64,000 nt of DNA from positions 32,001 to 96,000 of the forward strand of contig CAXXNF010000002.1 of NCBI GenBank assembly GCA_963666365.2. The letters run 5' to 3'. Positions 30,001-32,752 of the stretch are shown here, piece by piece. How positions within the stretch are numbered: position 1 is the first letter of the stretch; each line of letters opens with the position of its first letter. The notes beneath the pieces were generated by a model that saw only the letters and a list, made by a program, of their open reading frames with translations, did not search any database and had not been told where the DNA came from. This stretch comes from Syntrophales bacterium. Its GTDB lineage: Bacteria > Desulfobacterota > Syntrophia > Syntrophales > UBA2210. The position numbers were made by a program, and so were the translations under genes.

Positions 30001-32376
30001 AAGCAGCAGCTCTATGTGGACGGTGATCAACAGACCGTCACGAGAGAGTACATCAACAAGAGCGGTGTGATCGACAGCGACCCGGCGCCGCAGGCCGGGC
30101 AGACCGAAGGACGTGAGCAATCCTCCAGTTTCTCCTGGCAGACCGGAATCAACCTGGGCTATGCGCAGACAGCCGACGGCACGGCCCTCTATCTTGAAGG
30201 CGAAATGGACGAGGTCCGCATATGGCACAAGGCCCTGAGCGAGGAGTTGATTGTTGCCGACATGACCAACGACTACCCGGGTGAGCGCGTCTACCTGGTA
30301 GGTTACTGGAACTTCGATGAACCGTCAGCGACCAGCGTGCTCGACAGTTCTCTCTATGAGCGGAGCGGTGTCCTTGGCGGCGGCGTCGATACGCGCAGAC
30401 CGGTGCGGGTACGCGTGAATCCCGCGGAGAAGCCGACGGTTGCCACTGCCTATGACACGGCCTTCAAGACCGACATCCACCACCTGGCGGATCTGAACAG
30501 ACCCGGTCAGTTGACGCACCTGAGTCTGGATTACACCCGGACCTTTGATCTGACGCCGCTCGCTGAGCTGACGGAACTGGTGTTCCTGAGTCTGGACGGC
30601 GTGGTTCCCGCGGGAACGCCGATGCTTGCGGAAGTCGTGGATCACAGCGTTGATCATCTGGTGGAGACCAAGGACGGCACGGTGATCAACCTTGAGAAGG
30701 GGCACACGCTGGTCCTCAGCAGCGGCATCTTCGCCTGGAAACGGCTGCAGGTGGGCGGCGGCGTGGATACCGACGAGGCGTTCACCATCAGTCGCGGTAA
30801 TTGGGACGGCAGCGTCTTTGCCGGGTCGAGCACGGGAACCCATCTGCGTGTCGAGGCCTTTGGTGTGACTGAGTATCACAGTATCGCCGGCGGAAGCATC
30901 ATCCAGATCCTCTTCGACGGCGGGAACGGCGATGACGTACTTATAGTGGATGCCAGCGTGACACTGCCGGTGTACGCGGTGGCCGGCGACGGCAACGATA
31001 CTGTCACCGGCGGTTCTGGCGATGATTATATCTTCGGCGGCCGCGGGAATGACATCCTGACGGGCGGGGCAGGGGACGATGTGATTTCCGGCAACGAAGG
31101 CGACGATCGCTTCGTCTTTGCCGGCGCCTGGGGCAACGACATCATCAACGAGAATCCGGGCGAGGGTACGGACACGCTGGACTTCTCCGCCGTGGATGAT
31201 GGTCTGACCATTAACCTGGGCGGCGAGACCACCGACGGCATTAACACCGCCACCCATGAGGTCAACGCCTTCGAACGTGTGATCGGTGGTACGGGGCTCG
31301 ATACACTACGCCTGGTTCGAAAGACGGCCGACTCGGTAGAAATGACCGGCAACAGGATGATCTGGAACAAAGTGGGCATAGACTTCGAAGATACGGAGAA
31401 CCTCTATGTGAGGCTCGCTGAAACCGACGAAGACGGTAATGTGGTAAAACGGGTCGGCACCATCGACATAAGCGGCGCGGTGGACTTCTCAGTCTACTCC
31501 CTGGTTCTGGAGGCACAGTTGATTACCATCGAAGGCCAGGTGACGGCGAAAGACATCTCACTGAGCGCCACCTATCTGCTTAACATCGCGCAGGACTTCG
31601 ATGTCAGCGATGGCCGGGGTGACCTGGCGATTCTCCACGCCACCCAGTTGCGGATGGCGGTAGACAGGGGCATCGGAAGCCCGACTCAGCCGGTCTTTAC
31701 GCAGGTGAGCACGCTCGAAGCGGTCACGCAGGGCGCCGGTGGCATCTATGTGACCGAACTCGACGGTGTGATCGTCGGCGATGTGGACATGACTGCGGCG
31801 GGAGTGGTAGAGACGAACAAGGGTCTGAAGACCGGCGGCGGCGGGCGCATCACCCTGACGAACCTGGCGGGAGAGCTGATTGTTGCGAACAATGACGGTG
31901 AGCCGATGATCGATGCCACCGGAGGCCGGATCGTGATCACCACGGAAGAAATAGACATCCAGGGCAATATCCAGAGTCACAGGGATGTGGGCGGAACGCG
32001 GTACAGCGGAACCCTTGCGTTGCAGCCGCTGTCGGTGAACAGCGATATCGACATGGCCCTGGCGGAAGGCGACGGCACTGCCCGGTTCTCACTGAGCGCC
32101 GCTGAGCTCGATCATATCATCGAGGGCTTCGACGACGGAAGCGGCGCCCGTTTCATCAGGGACGGCGTACTGGTGGTGTTCGAAGGACGGTCCGGCATCA
32201 ACATCGGACGGGTGAACGGGCGGCACGACTTCACCGTCGGCAGCTATGTATTCCGCGACACGGTGACCCTGCGGTCGCCGGTACTGGGCGGCAGCTTCGA
32301 TGTGGTGGGCAAGATAGAACTCGCGCCGGTTGATGCGGAAGGCCGCGTGGTGGAACTGATATTCCTGGGGCCGTAG
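1..32376 (+). CDS. Giant multidomain RTX-repeat surface protein / adhesin A (reconstructed single gene, 5'-truncated, >10,700 aa, interrupted by indels at ~7150-10100)
   Basis: The frame of ORF 24..7178 is open from base 3 (VTTTDASVGGGDTL...). The same module types continue through alternating frames across 7150-10100 into ORF 10102..32376, with no intergenic-looking DNA. Stop codon TAG at 32374-32376. Confidence 0.8.
3..7178 (+). CDS. Gene A, first intact segment: RTX-type (hemolysin Ca-binding) repeats with IxGDNG spacer motif
   Basis: Dozens of GGxGxDxxxG nonapeptides in a recurring unit GGxDTIxGGxGxDIIIGGxGxDTIxGxxGxDxIxGDNG. The real coding frame shifts at ~7145-7155. Confidence 0.9.
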   Translation, partial: VTTTDASVGGGDTLTGDGGDDLIWGQAGGDTLYGNDGNDILFGDRGVVTFSAGVALRIETLDTANGGNDTIYGGNGNDAAFGGAGADTLQGESGNDIILGDHGVVVRADGSAAAQDVYTTDPTTGGADTISGGEGNNIVIGGPAGDTLSTGSGSDIVIGDSGYVVRNAGSVAERIYASYLPGTGDYDAGGNDTITIAGGANNVIGGVGNDTITTGTGLDVILGDNGTIGLGDTALGDEKYNVVTSDYANGGTDTINAGDGNNIVLGGSYSDSITTGNGWDLILGDNGKVVRGSDYVPSVIESLTGDIYGGNDALIDGGEGDDTIIGGNGDDTIRGGNGDDLLIGDNGRAVPGEASSIDVASGGSDTIDGGAGRDRIIGGMAGEASLKGGSEGDYILGDNGAILSTATTFADAGTVYRVTSESPASGGSETLIDGEGGNDIIIGGSAGDDTLTGGDGDDLIVGDNATVYTGEDTGALIWVESTYTNYGGGETIISGGPGNDIVIGGLGNDTIDGGDGHNVVLGDHGFVIAGGEIVSTAPEHAGQDEISTGAGDDIIIGGSDADTPITSGAGNDIILGDNGWVGRTDGIISGIVSGVYLSENTLVQTGTRGGSDASIDAGAGDDIVIGGKGNETVTAGTGDDIVIGDNGVVGRGFKAGVATADEWGIDRILWDGIGNYAQTASVDPETVAPTHTWSADEAFYGIATTYDEYNGVETIYGNDGEDILFGGSLGDTLISGGTGRDIIVGDNGAMERRPSAADVGSISRAYFDADGALQTGLLTPVWFASKEGDLYGGGEAKIDGGYDGDFIIGGIGSDSLIEGGLADDVIFGDNGAVARADGSVRANDFWSTDPSHGGVETIRGGDGADIIIGGSENDYAVTAPGTVGDILSGDGGDDIIIGDNGYITRSDADVVERIRTRSLENSVNYPRFGGNDTIDVGAAGIGNYTSFPTENRGSDIIIGGTGDDTVDGGWEDITDTIIGDNGVVVRTDPAAGTNPDGSSVSTDIWTLDPAYGGKDTLYGGAGNDIIIGGTGYADAYGVGGDVIYGGTGNDHIAGDGARVQRNATDGIEIFESRDAAYGGDDRIDREGMGRDVHAKGSDVVLGGTGHDIIHGGRTDDGAEIIFGDNGRVDYTQVRTVSVEQHLPNELYLTANLESLELDWDNTDVSFMGGDDTIDGGYGNDIVFGGPEEDTITGYYGLDVLIGDHGAAEHNSLNQLSMVWTTLPWGGGNDTITGDTGHDVLFGGAGNDLIYGNDGDEVIFGDNGTVVRFRESARDNDLYSTFPAFGGIDTLFGGEGNDTIFGGSGGDDQATDQVPSGTVTVDSNGYLTRAGGLAANGDIIYGDVADSSIQGYDEFLFGDSGYMDRDLSGTILEVYSRSWALSLDGMVTLRADRASDVTASGTFEITLNGTTHSLTFDGSGNATLADLVIDLNNAILAASPAPGEGLDAELDASSESGYLTFVGASDLGVYTIEVVDSALVQALGFVQRQLASVDYPNLGGNDAIDFAVGNKGAEVIIGGFGHDLMHGGLFDTSTDLIIGDNGVATRIQGQFILAGARSTDAGSGGSDDINGGPGYDILLGGPGDDLIIGHDGDDYLWGDGGRDLIWGGVAGADESNFRLAEGESAADKFDYAPGYLDAELDYPTGYEAPLITPKIFNGLSWDGHVTDGADTIRGGYGDDWIFGGGDADDLDGGPGSDYVDGGVGSDTATGGGGDDVVRGGANDDSLRGDFPFLGRYDSISTYLKVGDTGTPAQPDEYFAYRGYVTGRDQVYGEAGSERLFGDGGASDPIVFTGDSVSALTAAKTENPDKGYPASVFSFAGANNDLEFRAVSATAQYMGWTIRIVSGEIGCDIEVSWSIGAKTFTVVVDKGAHNANDVIDAVVDTPSSPFLAYGTYNNGDSDYADGEGSQAGQRLWGGEGIDYLYAYAPDDGDEQYTYRGDELHGGPGNDFLYGNVRKDTLLGEGGSDFLAGDWLVGRKYAQNQREAPYGPAEIGGDDLLQGGPGEDQLYGGGGNDTLWGGADSDWLEGQNGIDTLYGGGWIDTMVMDVRDTYNVFGDNINGHYGNQRKGDVYDDNATDILLIEASDFDDEIWISEETVLLSDNPYAVKEANFGFEQTFDLTLKASATAALVTVNLTISSNGNLDTLVSRFNDAFESSPQLTGKVEAVKRGYTIAILTRGMGRAATLTIAHFTAKGDNGLADLGFSDGQESVGQMVVDYTGYSGYEEKVVHRVLLGGWRGDDGKPMVEQFRISGLGGDDRIGFVEGTNALDASALSARSRDWVGVIDGGPGNDILSGSSARDRIDGGFGSDTIYGYGGDDQLWGDGGPGMGLPDDVDRIYAGQGNDDVLGGQGRNYLYAWSKDPNIGGINDTAVTELHFRDGSRSEGDRLYGR
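7145..10101 (+). other. Frameshift-riddled coding segment of gene A (probable low-accuracy sequence; alternatively local pseudogenisation)
   Basis: Recognisable pieces in changing frames: APVTGQLSADAHFSL, SIADLVADINAAL, GDDDLYGGTGLDFLYG, WKEYAK/SDKVWYYRGTNADDVISVDFVTEPG, HLITRLTNNNGNYTFD, RNDTIETAYNLG, LTIDNADDVDWYSF, GGNETAETAYLIEN. Many single-base indels within 3 kb, while the flanks are clean. Confidence 0.85.
9650..10865 (+). other. Three PPC-like (pre-peptidase C-terminal) domains
   Basis: Motifs NETAxxAY...GLTIxxxxDVDWFxF...G.Y.I.V repeated; no catalytic protease motif nearby. Confidence 0.6.
10102..32376 (+). CDS. Gene A, second intact segment (7424 aa): PPC-like, RTX, FG-GAP, MAM-like, P-domain, PA14, ELWxxDGT, LRR, LamG and C-terminal beta-helix-like module
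   Basis: Uninterrupted ORF. The GTG at 10102 lies mid-domain and is probably not a true start. Confidence 0.9.
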   Translation: MGTTSTDDHVVLDLDSLTAGAEGTDYLVKITADAQAAYSLYPHIGDAGETVIDLSRSAVLSINPDRVDMEGGNETAADAYRIADIEGISKIYGLTIDTTADVDWFVFTMGEDGTKADTFSLLRTNSESAIITFSLYDADGNRLLTSGGDVVTIDGGAYPASAYKYTGKTSATEAYVKLSLEGLAKGDYTIEVTADEPTYYELYPNIGAKGYTLKDLAGKSSSGISLSTLEAGTAYMLRVTSPNLVPTIYDLEFVLTAGEDANVQDMAQRTDAVRKDVIMGGPGNDVLMGGMGEDWIFGGPGNDVLCGGFDRQAPDLLFGEDGNDTFQLIPDALPLMEGSDQTYVPTFVDTMYGGDGVDRVLFLGGDTDNLGLDVPDYVSLRYNRILHRYELTALVWDKANQEFMTEVVPGAVIVAKDAPKESAGGSSAYDGRLAEDIIFDIILDNVTYTVTVPHALGDGIVTAANAPQIAANNITAVNLPTFASEDYTETFTVQVNDTSPVGIGVYTSQISTIAQMVTALNDAIASTSLNGKISAAAVSTTDGRLKITVIDSNDIVVISDGNSDGDLSYFGFEFNGLQVAIGDHSPVQVNVNGLTNDIEALAGLVNEAIRSTTLTGKVTMTKDAGGTKLVLQPVGILDGTAIEMVEASGETNLAFFGFTDGQSAQVNNSVADLAKDIVEALRTADKSGTTEDISDRINVGASGGRLIIQTSEIAKDSTLKVSGAGETTLGFTADQLPEPQKVIYTQTYIFYQTHQVEQTVIDVQGGDDVVRGDAGFTFPNVESEWGIDPGDVEQNGEISRLIIYGGDGNDHLYGGAYDDEIYGGDGIDFIAGGGGSDYLDGGPGQDLLAGDTTTAPDDYELVERIGEVATNDQPAYAAVLPAITRGLEIDGLTLHEGDAADWYLIETPDALRSFGSAHAAQLIMDMISVVFDEPNMQALYDSFPLTGSYLFAAGNVGSSGELEIVPVEKYSGVPDYYVLKIENVRSFSVTAINAVVTLGRLSADATFNISIDGGDPVAVTVSKASTDANVDIDNLIADVNTALTGAGLSATVKAEKVSIATGFRISLTGAYGMTIEISYADDNAASELGFVSGQSNSGRAPAMGRYKLVFSKELLGTAIDVAGADADVQISIGDPSYRPAAIPLGDINGDGYDDYIAAVKDNLTGSGFSYARVVFGSAAGTDFALEAAGGFILKLTAPVLYPTSTTQAQSFFAKPGDYNGDGKDDIIVSVTTPTGATVTGLEQAVYLIFGAVTWADEFDVYGQADVRIVGTAGAGALRGSSAGNVNGDAYGDFLVTQGSSAYLFYGKAKAIWETETGELLNEDFTSGLGGFSRDTIDAANLWHLTVLRSGDPNHSAGQSLYYGLDSTQTYNYIDSVSGLPEQTLGTVTSAETSLSGYTTATLSFKYYLETEGRPESYDQVKVVVLSTSDNWDTQTVTIVASNDSALADTVLSDPSSAWKSASVDLTDFAGKKIKIRFAFDSIDEVENQYEGWYVDDVRIVAPTSVSGANATFTVAAGFVSAAGIGDYNGDGFDDLAFLNAAGNVYLYYGATGATPFAGPIAVPASDPDLTLATGIVGTLTPLGNVNGDVSGDYAIDDFVVNGAGMSWIVLGGMGLDADLKIISTRYFINVGDIDGDGKDDLGALALESSPGLLQNGSVVTHAVGQVFLGRDSDSWAAACFTCPDLVFELDQPSYQDAGGATIPQHYFAGVGDINNDGKNDLAAAETLSTQVHLSYGTALTRYSAPAQPETDKPLPKVYVYELAKPNMGGTGSTAHTGIDVSNDTITDFTMHDAFAIEGSAIGQQLSSAQAIGDFDGDGSDDFMVSGTLASYIFLGPMDLTGLSNVNIAADFIIDAASLGTPADAMGDVNADGKTDLAFVRHDDAGNRTVVTVIFGGRVMPRTIDASSLEALYARTIELEDTLLEETGEITVMIGNWSGHVDVQTGRFFNDLLVVSSLPGATNSYGYVFAGDTIKARTTTMGTGDALVDLKLFTTTVNVADDRVPVRTPDLDTLESTTKVTIAPVHTVIGTAGAITDAGQNTYEINQSVSHAVGNGLTGQYYDGINLDQTISYTWSNYSDYGIYDYQTTYSHIYVGNSGLTNLSVSWQIYHTYIGDLRITVIAPNGTEYVVHNRSGGNTRANPWYLVSNVGIGTPGTTAGWWTFKVEDLAGSDQGWIDGWQIHGTVGGSSALTGTASTVNFGDTQPVTGQMETYSSRWTGYVSALASGYYQFRTYSDDGVRLYLNDGLVINNWTDHGGTYDYSGSYYLTTGTYYSIKMEHYQNYGGAVARLEWNGPGTNGWQVVPEQALFTANTGGTPKYITDSNITVSTINVNAATAGAAYPIASVEATVNLKHTYIGDLVISLVSPEGNTVILHNRSGGSTDDINGTYTVGTVPGLGILQGARADGNWQLKIEDKAGGDQGWLAQWSLKIATYQDIAESTPYSASATGISGNITDVNVRITLDHPNLSELKIELKHVVSNRTITLFDRNDLSGADLLGTVFDAGASSDIWNGTASYTGTFLPRGSLDFFDGQSPNSEWQLIITDYVHSTASGALVSWYLDVRTDEIIASTITVSGLSKDNDDVTLTDVNLWLNISHASSDNALNIWLVSPGGTEVQLCDSTEVTGRSLSGEVFDDEAGDSVLNGFFTAAHSDSEGNLNGTWTLKIQDTTGNVSGTLNGWTLYLGTSPTVSQIEVAGLPDGLRDLDVTVTLGDDPANGYDFNLDDYSLVVRKLNTDGTVLISKALFNQGTLTGSALGNVVLGTTFDDEAAIDIGAGDAPYTSSYKPVSYTEDGSGEQVDGLIAFDGIDPNGIWELVLTDHEGKTVGRIEDWSLTFSFEPEDADALSVVVGGDISGNGLDDLVIGVTSFNTAPNDEPDPRIGWAYVLGGRLSAANTGKGTVTNGNDLADETVIASAWTALGSDFMNARAVFNLAGGNNNLWFEALDADATANDILIKLVMDTDLTTDPAKASYHIGTRVLTITVRNRFTTANDVINAVQNDTEAAGFREIFRIALTAESVVNVTDHAGFRVSDTSLGAGVYALGDLNRDGYDDFAVSRTREDGGSALGGLLVFYGEASYGEGPVSALDASTMTDIIIQQATADELGATSLVGSLQATAGDINGDGVQDLIVGQPQVIRISSVSDEYSVNEILNRNERGSVYVFKSISTRSIQLTLAEADLIMDGEGEYDHFGYLALTPNIDLDGDRIDDLLIGAPTLDGILGGVKQDAGQIYLIYGNYRTAVMPVTGYGILTNRTITGSGSFLVDTGIGRPDRFYDPDLDGDGVLDATRYTIVTGEGQKWYRFTTLGDGYLGTMIRLTPAASAGMTVRLSGYDGVIAGGLVDPDGTVENDEFLVGPAVDTEETSFTVKFVGGAAQGSESASYDTDTDTLTVTIESGVSTANDIIKAINATTMAGASFRAVLAGTDNSGEGTVSDGNHSVKLNVVLAGDGLEMASGTAAILEFDLSAYLAYMDDPEVLAQVALLLSGLSGTAVTLPSPVSNLTVVDEDSLFFTTVDTNGIYQLWESDGTAGGTRQVAELTGTPGSLMDVAGTLYFTLEEGLVSTNLGTDNPDQLWKVQAGEPRIVFVDDFDATPDAVIAAGTKIFLNVNDKIRVVDTDGNGAWVTFGGSAIEGVTEMAEVGGTLYFIGDYLDQKTLFSTTGGTASLVAETESLYGTSGAFVATVDGAERIYFTAPYEGYNVLWYTAGGAAQVIRDSGDATLRAPANFTIFKGILLLSADNGVSGNDLWRSADGVNFTLVNSGAGINSGGAANPRNLFVYRNGTDTTDDDLLYLSAKGSDAAGSELWKSANGATFAQVKNINATSKGSSSPNNFAEFGGKVYFAADDGSSGFELWVTDGSAANTSRIRDINPGSASSSPRGLIVYDGVLYFSADDGTHGRELWTSDGTEGGTVIYKDIRDGEKSSDVGNFILFNNGTTDTEDDVLYFTADDGVHGNELWFMTSGTAGADITPPGSNNDMTLTSSDKEGGVSVVFAHGDVTMGAWTIAASTVTTVDPDGDDNGIRLTESGGDAKSLVLIHADGQDGDSATAFWLATDKIIKVEINSGVTRAGTIITAINTVSGDSDVTAANATGSDGSGIVGTGREASASWSSTSRTITVTIKAGVTTADDVIAAVNARTGETSITASLNSSVETGNDGSGTINTEPVTTAGGVDGAGPTWTLSLPGADNDILITGDTTTDYSGFAVNVVEDSDPGTNFTEFFAKASWNSDTSLLTISIATGQTTRNDIMGAVGTSLRPNAAIPLTASAAAGEPDNNGIVGITAITSGSSDGALSAVVINPEGDLNAVSVTAVNPGSGYDDLRVLYVDDGSVSDGTPVAVYDSVNNVLTVTIQSGVTTAQQVINAINAVTTDYTGTTADFNTLFQAAVNGAGTVTFTTPTHVTTGGSSGKSSVTISSTGGNNDVTIEADSAGVAYDGLRVLFYDDGTYAGNEASAIYDAGAKILMVLINNGSTTAIKVVEAINEIAGLNYTATYGGNGGGYVQVTTPADRTAGGVDGSAKAFVEVDVAGDDNVVRIEALANGSAANNAGIIFIDDVSVTGNDATVRWNADDHILIVKIEKDVTTAQTVIDTVNNYVSEDMDAFRTVYAASGPVTAGGTVAAPIAVTGGGNDGTAASGSFTVRDDAITVTAANLGTAYNNVQVLLVAGDTEGAVYNSDNKRITVTIDKNGTTTTADIATLIHGLADFNASGGDTTKVFTPTFTDVTGETGVDGVTGVAASATFTVAGNTIDVTADATGAEWSVSKLVLTSGGSLGAPSFDDATDTITLQIVAATTTTLQVASAIHDMGDFNVDTLPEDGTLAVAGTFNGTGVVTGVTAVTAVAASGTFTIQGGTTAITVTAATAGTAYNDVDVLLVADVNAGSESAGYVHAAGAGVITVHVAKDGSTTATIIKNKINGLTDFNATGGDTKNIFTDTYADATGSNGVDTAPSAADLDLNPDPAVDAVITVTAKADGTANDGVLIYVIDNGSIADGTAATQWDSVNEKLKITVQSGATTIGTVLTVINNTTGFKDLFEASSTDSGTIIVPSGLTDGGETATASKVTLTLDGSNNDLLVTAAQGGTDYDNVTVKLIDDGTITGTSTTAAASYNSADKVLTININSGYTTAGAIVTALGDGSSTKFTAAPTGSDGDTTGAVSLSRVTNPTGASGGGKASATVALAGTTTSISVTAENNGAAYSGVRIRFVDSVLEIGQETAVYNDIASEIVVSIKAGATTAARVIEVIDALADWNAVLASGSSGAKIDTAAVKTVGTYGMAADINSSGSASPSHLTMYEGKVYFTASDGTNGIELWAVNPVGNGVAMVADINVSGSAVPQYLTVFADDSDKEWLYFAAGNGTVKGLWRTDGTDTAQVGAFVTPSTLAAGSDRLAVISRDGSNNVLTLIATDGSTQGVGKQAPVTDASNLTGWEYAVDQHALVYVVDNGATYSLQTTASTSAIVTGSASIIDNLTGVGGNLFFTVGGKSLYVSVEGAAAVKVEEYPYLLENLTAVGDTLFFVYDSGTTDVLHAFTYASDATPVSVKRLSGDASLMINVNGTLFFKLGSDRGTSLWQSDGTQSGTVQVSSVSDGFTSTVPNPANMVVLSGSLYFTSTDWNGEAVLWKSEYDGETSIWTTGRLETFGGVPLPSITVEVLAAEGDGMITASDFAAPALAAYTTKSNQNFLDLTMVVREFLASGKTWLTLRLQSESAITLRRAWLADDSATGLIVETVERTGVVADLYTYEGRLLVQGQSIVDLSRFPAGTYFLKVYDPNNAIGTEKVLDDQGHQIGSPTLLTAVGDMAYFVHETKLWRTNGVSVAEVKIAGIPNGSVFSPANLIGVGETLFFTVGSGADTELWKTAGVFAEKVGDLSNGPAHMTAVGDSLFFFIDTSLYASDDSSVEFVKTLADIAASDITDPVASGEVFFFQVQGALWKSDGTADGTAAVSIVDPGVIDSQDLVAMNGFLYYLVREGSVVTLWKASPLEGELTGAEPLSIAALAAIDATATDLLGVLDGRLLFTVTDGKGTGTTDDDEVQLWITNGNGDKFFGDDVDGTYMINADIGGSADYLKIADGLLHFATKVADNVFQVWTTDGAEAGTVQKIGDAPGVITAAADLLPGRIMETVDLGGTLYLLTETDTYPMLWKSDGTKLELVTTLSGEAYGLTVVRDTLYFAVRMADAVTEDNDTPDDDSDDWTRDGYTLWKSDGSAAGTIMVKNLGNINPGIIDNLSAVGTRLIFTCLNVDDGTYDYSLWVTDGTGVGTVPIASGSAGTLPYGTAAITPKNFITVGETLFFTFQGALYKTNGTEESTEKVKEGTFTLLTDVNGTLFFETGGALWRSTGTLVDVPFTVAAKAPIAGASHAAADRDVIHGGDGDDILIGNADHDQLFGESGEDFFVAESKEIRDLASYETFDLPPAAEFSVNQPRSSDTEVYIPDNALRAGIARALDIPVTTDYLGRPLAHEPIYASAMSTLTELQLFGLGIENLTGIQFANNVTVLNLNDNRIMDLGLLVPATDPITGAPTGMANLGIFTIDHNGGGALSFDGVDDYVDIEADVSEIELTVTFWFRSDRGNVGLFSADAGIRGSEGHDRDIYLDAAGHMVALLWDGDSSQYEALITDAAFADGQWHHVAYLYSDNGAGTKQQLYVDGDQQTVTREYINKSGVIDSDPAPQAGQTEGREQSSSFSWQTGINLGYAQTADGTALYLEGEMDEVRIWHKALSEELIVADMTNDYPGERVYLVGYWNFDEPSATSVLDSSLYERSGVLGGGVDTRRPVRVRVNPAEKPTVATAYDTAFKTDIHHLADLNRPGQLTHLSLDYTRTFDLTPLAELTELVFLSLDGVVPAGTPMLAEVVDHSVDHLVETKDGTVINLEKGHTLVLSSGIFAWKRLQVGGGVDTDEAFTISRGNWDGSVFAGSSTGTHLRVEAFGVTEYHSIAGGSIIQILFDGGNGDDVLIVDASVTLPVYAVAGDGNDTVTGGSGDDYIFGGRGNDILTGGAGDDVISGNEGDDRFVFAGAWGNDIINENPGEGTDTLDFSAVDDGLTINLGGETTDGINTATHEVNAFERVIGGTGLDTLRLVRKTADSVEMTGNRMIWNKVGIDFEDTENLYVRLAETDEDGNVVKRVGTIDISGAVDFSVYSLVLEAQLITIEGQVTAKDISLSATYLLNIAQDFDVSDGRGDLAILHATQLRMAVDRGIGSPTQPVFTQVSTLEAVTQGAGGIYVTELDGVIVGDVDMTAAGVVETNKGLKTGGGGRITLTNLAGELIVANNDGEPMIDATGGRIVITTEEIDIQGNIQSHRDVGGTRYSGTLALQPLSVNSDIDMALAEGDGTARFSLSAAELDHIIEGFDDGSGARFIRDGVLVVFEGRSGINIGRVNGRHDFTVGSYVFRDTVTLRSPVLGGSFDVVGKIELAPVDAEGRVVELIFLGP
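14053..14601 (+). other. MAM/ConA-like jelly-roll domain inserted in the FG-GAP region
   Basis: LSFKYYLETE...YD...WKSASVDLTDFAGKKIKIRFAFDS...EGWYVDDVRI pattern. Confidence 0.65.
16078..18612 (+). other. Cluster of five proprotein-convertase P-domains plus one PA14 domain
   Basis: HTYIGDL...L..P.G and G.W.L.I.D...G.L..W.L motifs repeated. PA14 signature GLTGQYY ... SSRWTGY...G.Y.F...SDDGVRLYLND...NNWTDH...IKMEHYQNYGGAVARLEW. Confidence 0.85.
20581..29100 (+). other. ELWxxDGT beta-propeller repeats (two blocks, ~20581-27010 and ~27450-29100)
   Basis: LYFxAxDGxxGxELWxSDGTxxGT...DI repeats, e.g. VLYFSADDGTHGRELWTSDGTEGGTVIYKDI, plus many degenerate LWKSDG copies. Confidence 0.85.
21988..25899 (+). 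repeat. Array of 12 degenerate ~105-aa 'NND..TTA' domains inserted in an ELWxxDGT blade
   Basis: Consensus GxNNDxxITAxxxGxxYNxVxVxxxDD...AxAxY...LTVxIxSGxTTAxxVIxAIN...FxA...GxGxV; 12 TTA-helix motifs counted. Confidence 0.8.
29371..30600 (+). other. Internalin-like LRR domain split by a LamG/pentraxin-like domain (29686-~30470)
   Basis: Cap IPDNALRAGIARAL, then LTELQL..LGIENLTGIQFANNVTVLNLNDNRIMDL. LamG motifs ALSFDGVDDYV, DGQWHHVA, LYVDG, GEMDEVRIW, LVGYWNFDE. LRR resumes at LTHLSLDY..FDLTPLAELTELVFLSL. Confidence 0.8.
30913..31310 (+). repeat. C-proximal RTX nonapeptide repeats of protein A
   Basis: GGNGDD, AGDGNDTVTGGSGDDYIFGGRGNDILTGGAGDDVISGNEGDDRFVF...WGNDII...GTDTLDFS. Confidence 0.85.
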
Positions 32377-32430
32377 GGTAAAGAAAAATATGGCTCGCGC
32401 AGAGGCGCGGGGACGCAGGGGAGACAGAAG

Positions 32431-32579
32431 GATACCTTTGAAGAACCTTATGAAATCATCTATTTCGTCATGCCGGCAGGTCCCGGATCAAGTCCGGGGG
32501 GGGTATCCAGTTTTTTTAAGTACTTTCTGGATTCCGGGTCAAGCCCGGAATGACAGAAGAGGGAATTGTGCCAGGTCTC
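32431..32579. mobile_element. Possible degenerate MITE bounded by GAGACCTTTGCA-like terminal inverted repeats
   Basis: Left end GATACCTTTGAAGAA; right end (reverse complement) GAGACCTGGCACAATTCCC. Recalled resemblance to IS5-family (IS1106-type) ends; no transposase in the window. Confidence 0.35.
32466..32554. repeat. CGTC-type REP-like palindromic dimer
   Basis: CGTCATGCCGG...CCCGGATCAAGTCCGGG...TATCCAG spacer CTGGATTCCGGGTCAAGCCCGGAATGAC. Internal hairpins TTCCGGG-TCAAG-CCCGGAA and CCCGGA-TCAAG-TCCGGG; termini GTCAT/ATGAC. May also act as a terminator or mRNA stabiliser for gene A. Confidence 0.75.
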
Positions 32580-32679
32580 AAGGAGATACACGGGTAATGA
32601 AAAGAGTCTTTCTCTGCGGACTCAGCGCCCCAGCGGGAGAAAAAGAAGAGAGTTGACGAAACCTGCCAATAATAAGATG

Positions 32680-32708
32680 TTGCGCTGGGACGGCAGGAAA
32701 TGTATAGT
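32680..32708 (+). promoter_or_regulatory. Putative sigma70-type promoter for gene B
   Basis: TTGCGC (32680-32685), 17-bp spacer, TATAGT (32703-32708), 44 bp upstream of the GTG start in AT-rich DNA. Confidence 0.55.
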
Positions 32709-32740
32709 AGATAAACTTTTCTAAACCCGATTTTTCTTGT

Positions 32741-32744
32741 GGAG
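32741..32744 (+). promoter_or_regulatory. Ribosome-binding site of gene B
   Basis: GGAG 8 nt upstream of GTG 32753. Confidence 0.6.
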
Positions 32745-32752
32745 CACTTTTT

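Larger units (their letters stand above)
32394..32639. repeat. Outer imperfect inverted-repeat pair (CTCGCGCAGAGGCGC...GCAG / CTCTGCG...GCGCCCCAGCGGGAG)
   Basis: Left arm ~32394-32424 is partly complementary to right arm ~32607-32639. Confidence 0.55.

Noticed and set aside
5178..31625. Several RGD tripeptides (e.g. ~5178, ~5811, ~6711, ~12412, ~31615) as integrin ligands
   Set aside because: They are expected by chance in G/D-rich RTX-like sequence, and there is no supporting loop context.
32390..32656. 88-aa intergenic ORF
   Set aside because: It coincides with the nested palindromic repeats; WIPGQARND is simply the REP arm translated.
32653..32678. Alternative promoter TTGACG...TAAGAT
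   Set aside because: The spacer is only 14 bp; the TTGCGC-N17-TATAGT pair fits better.
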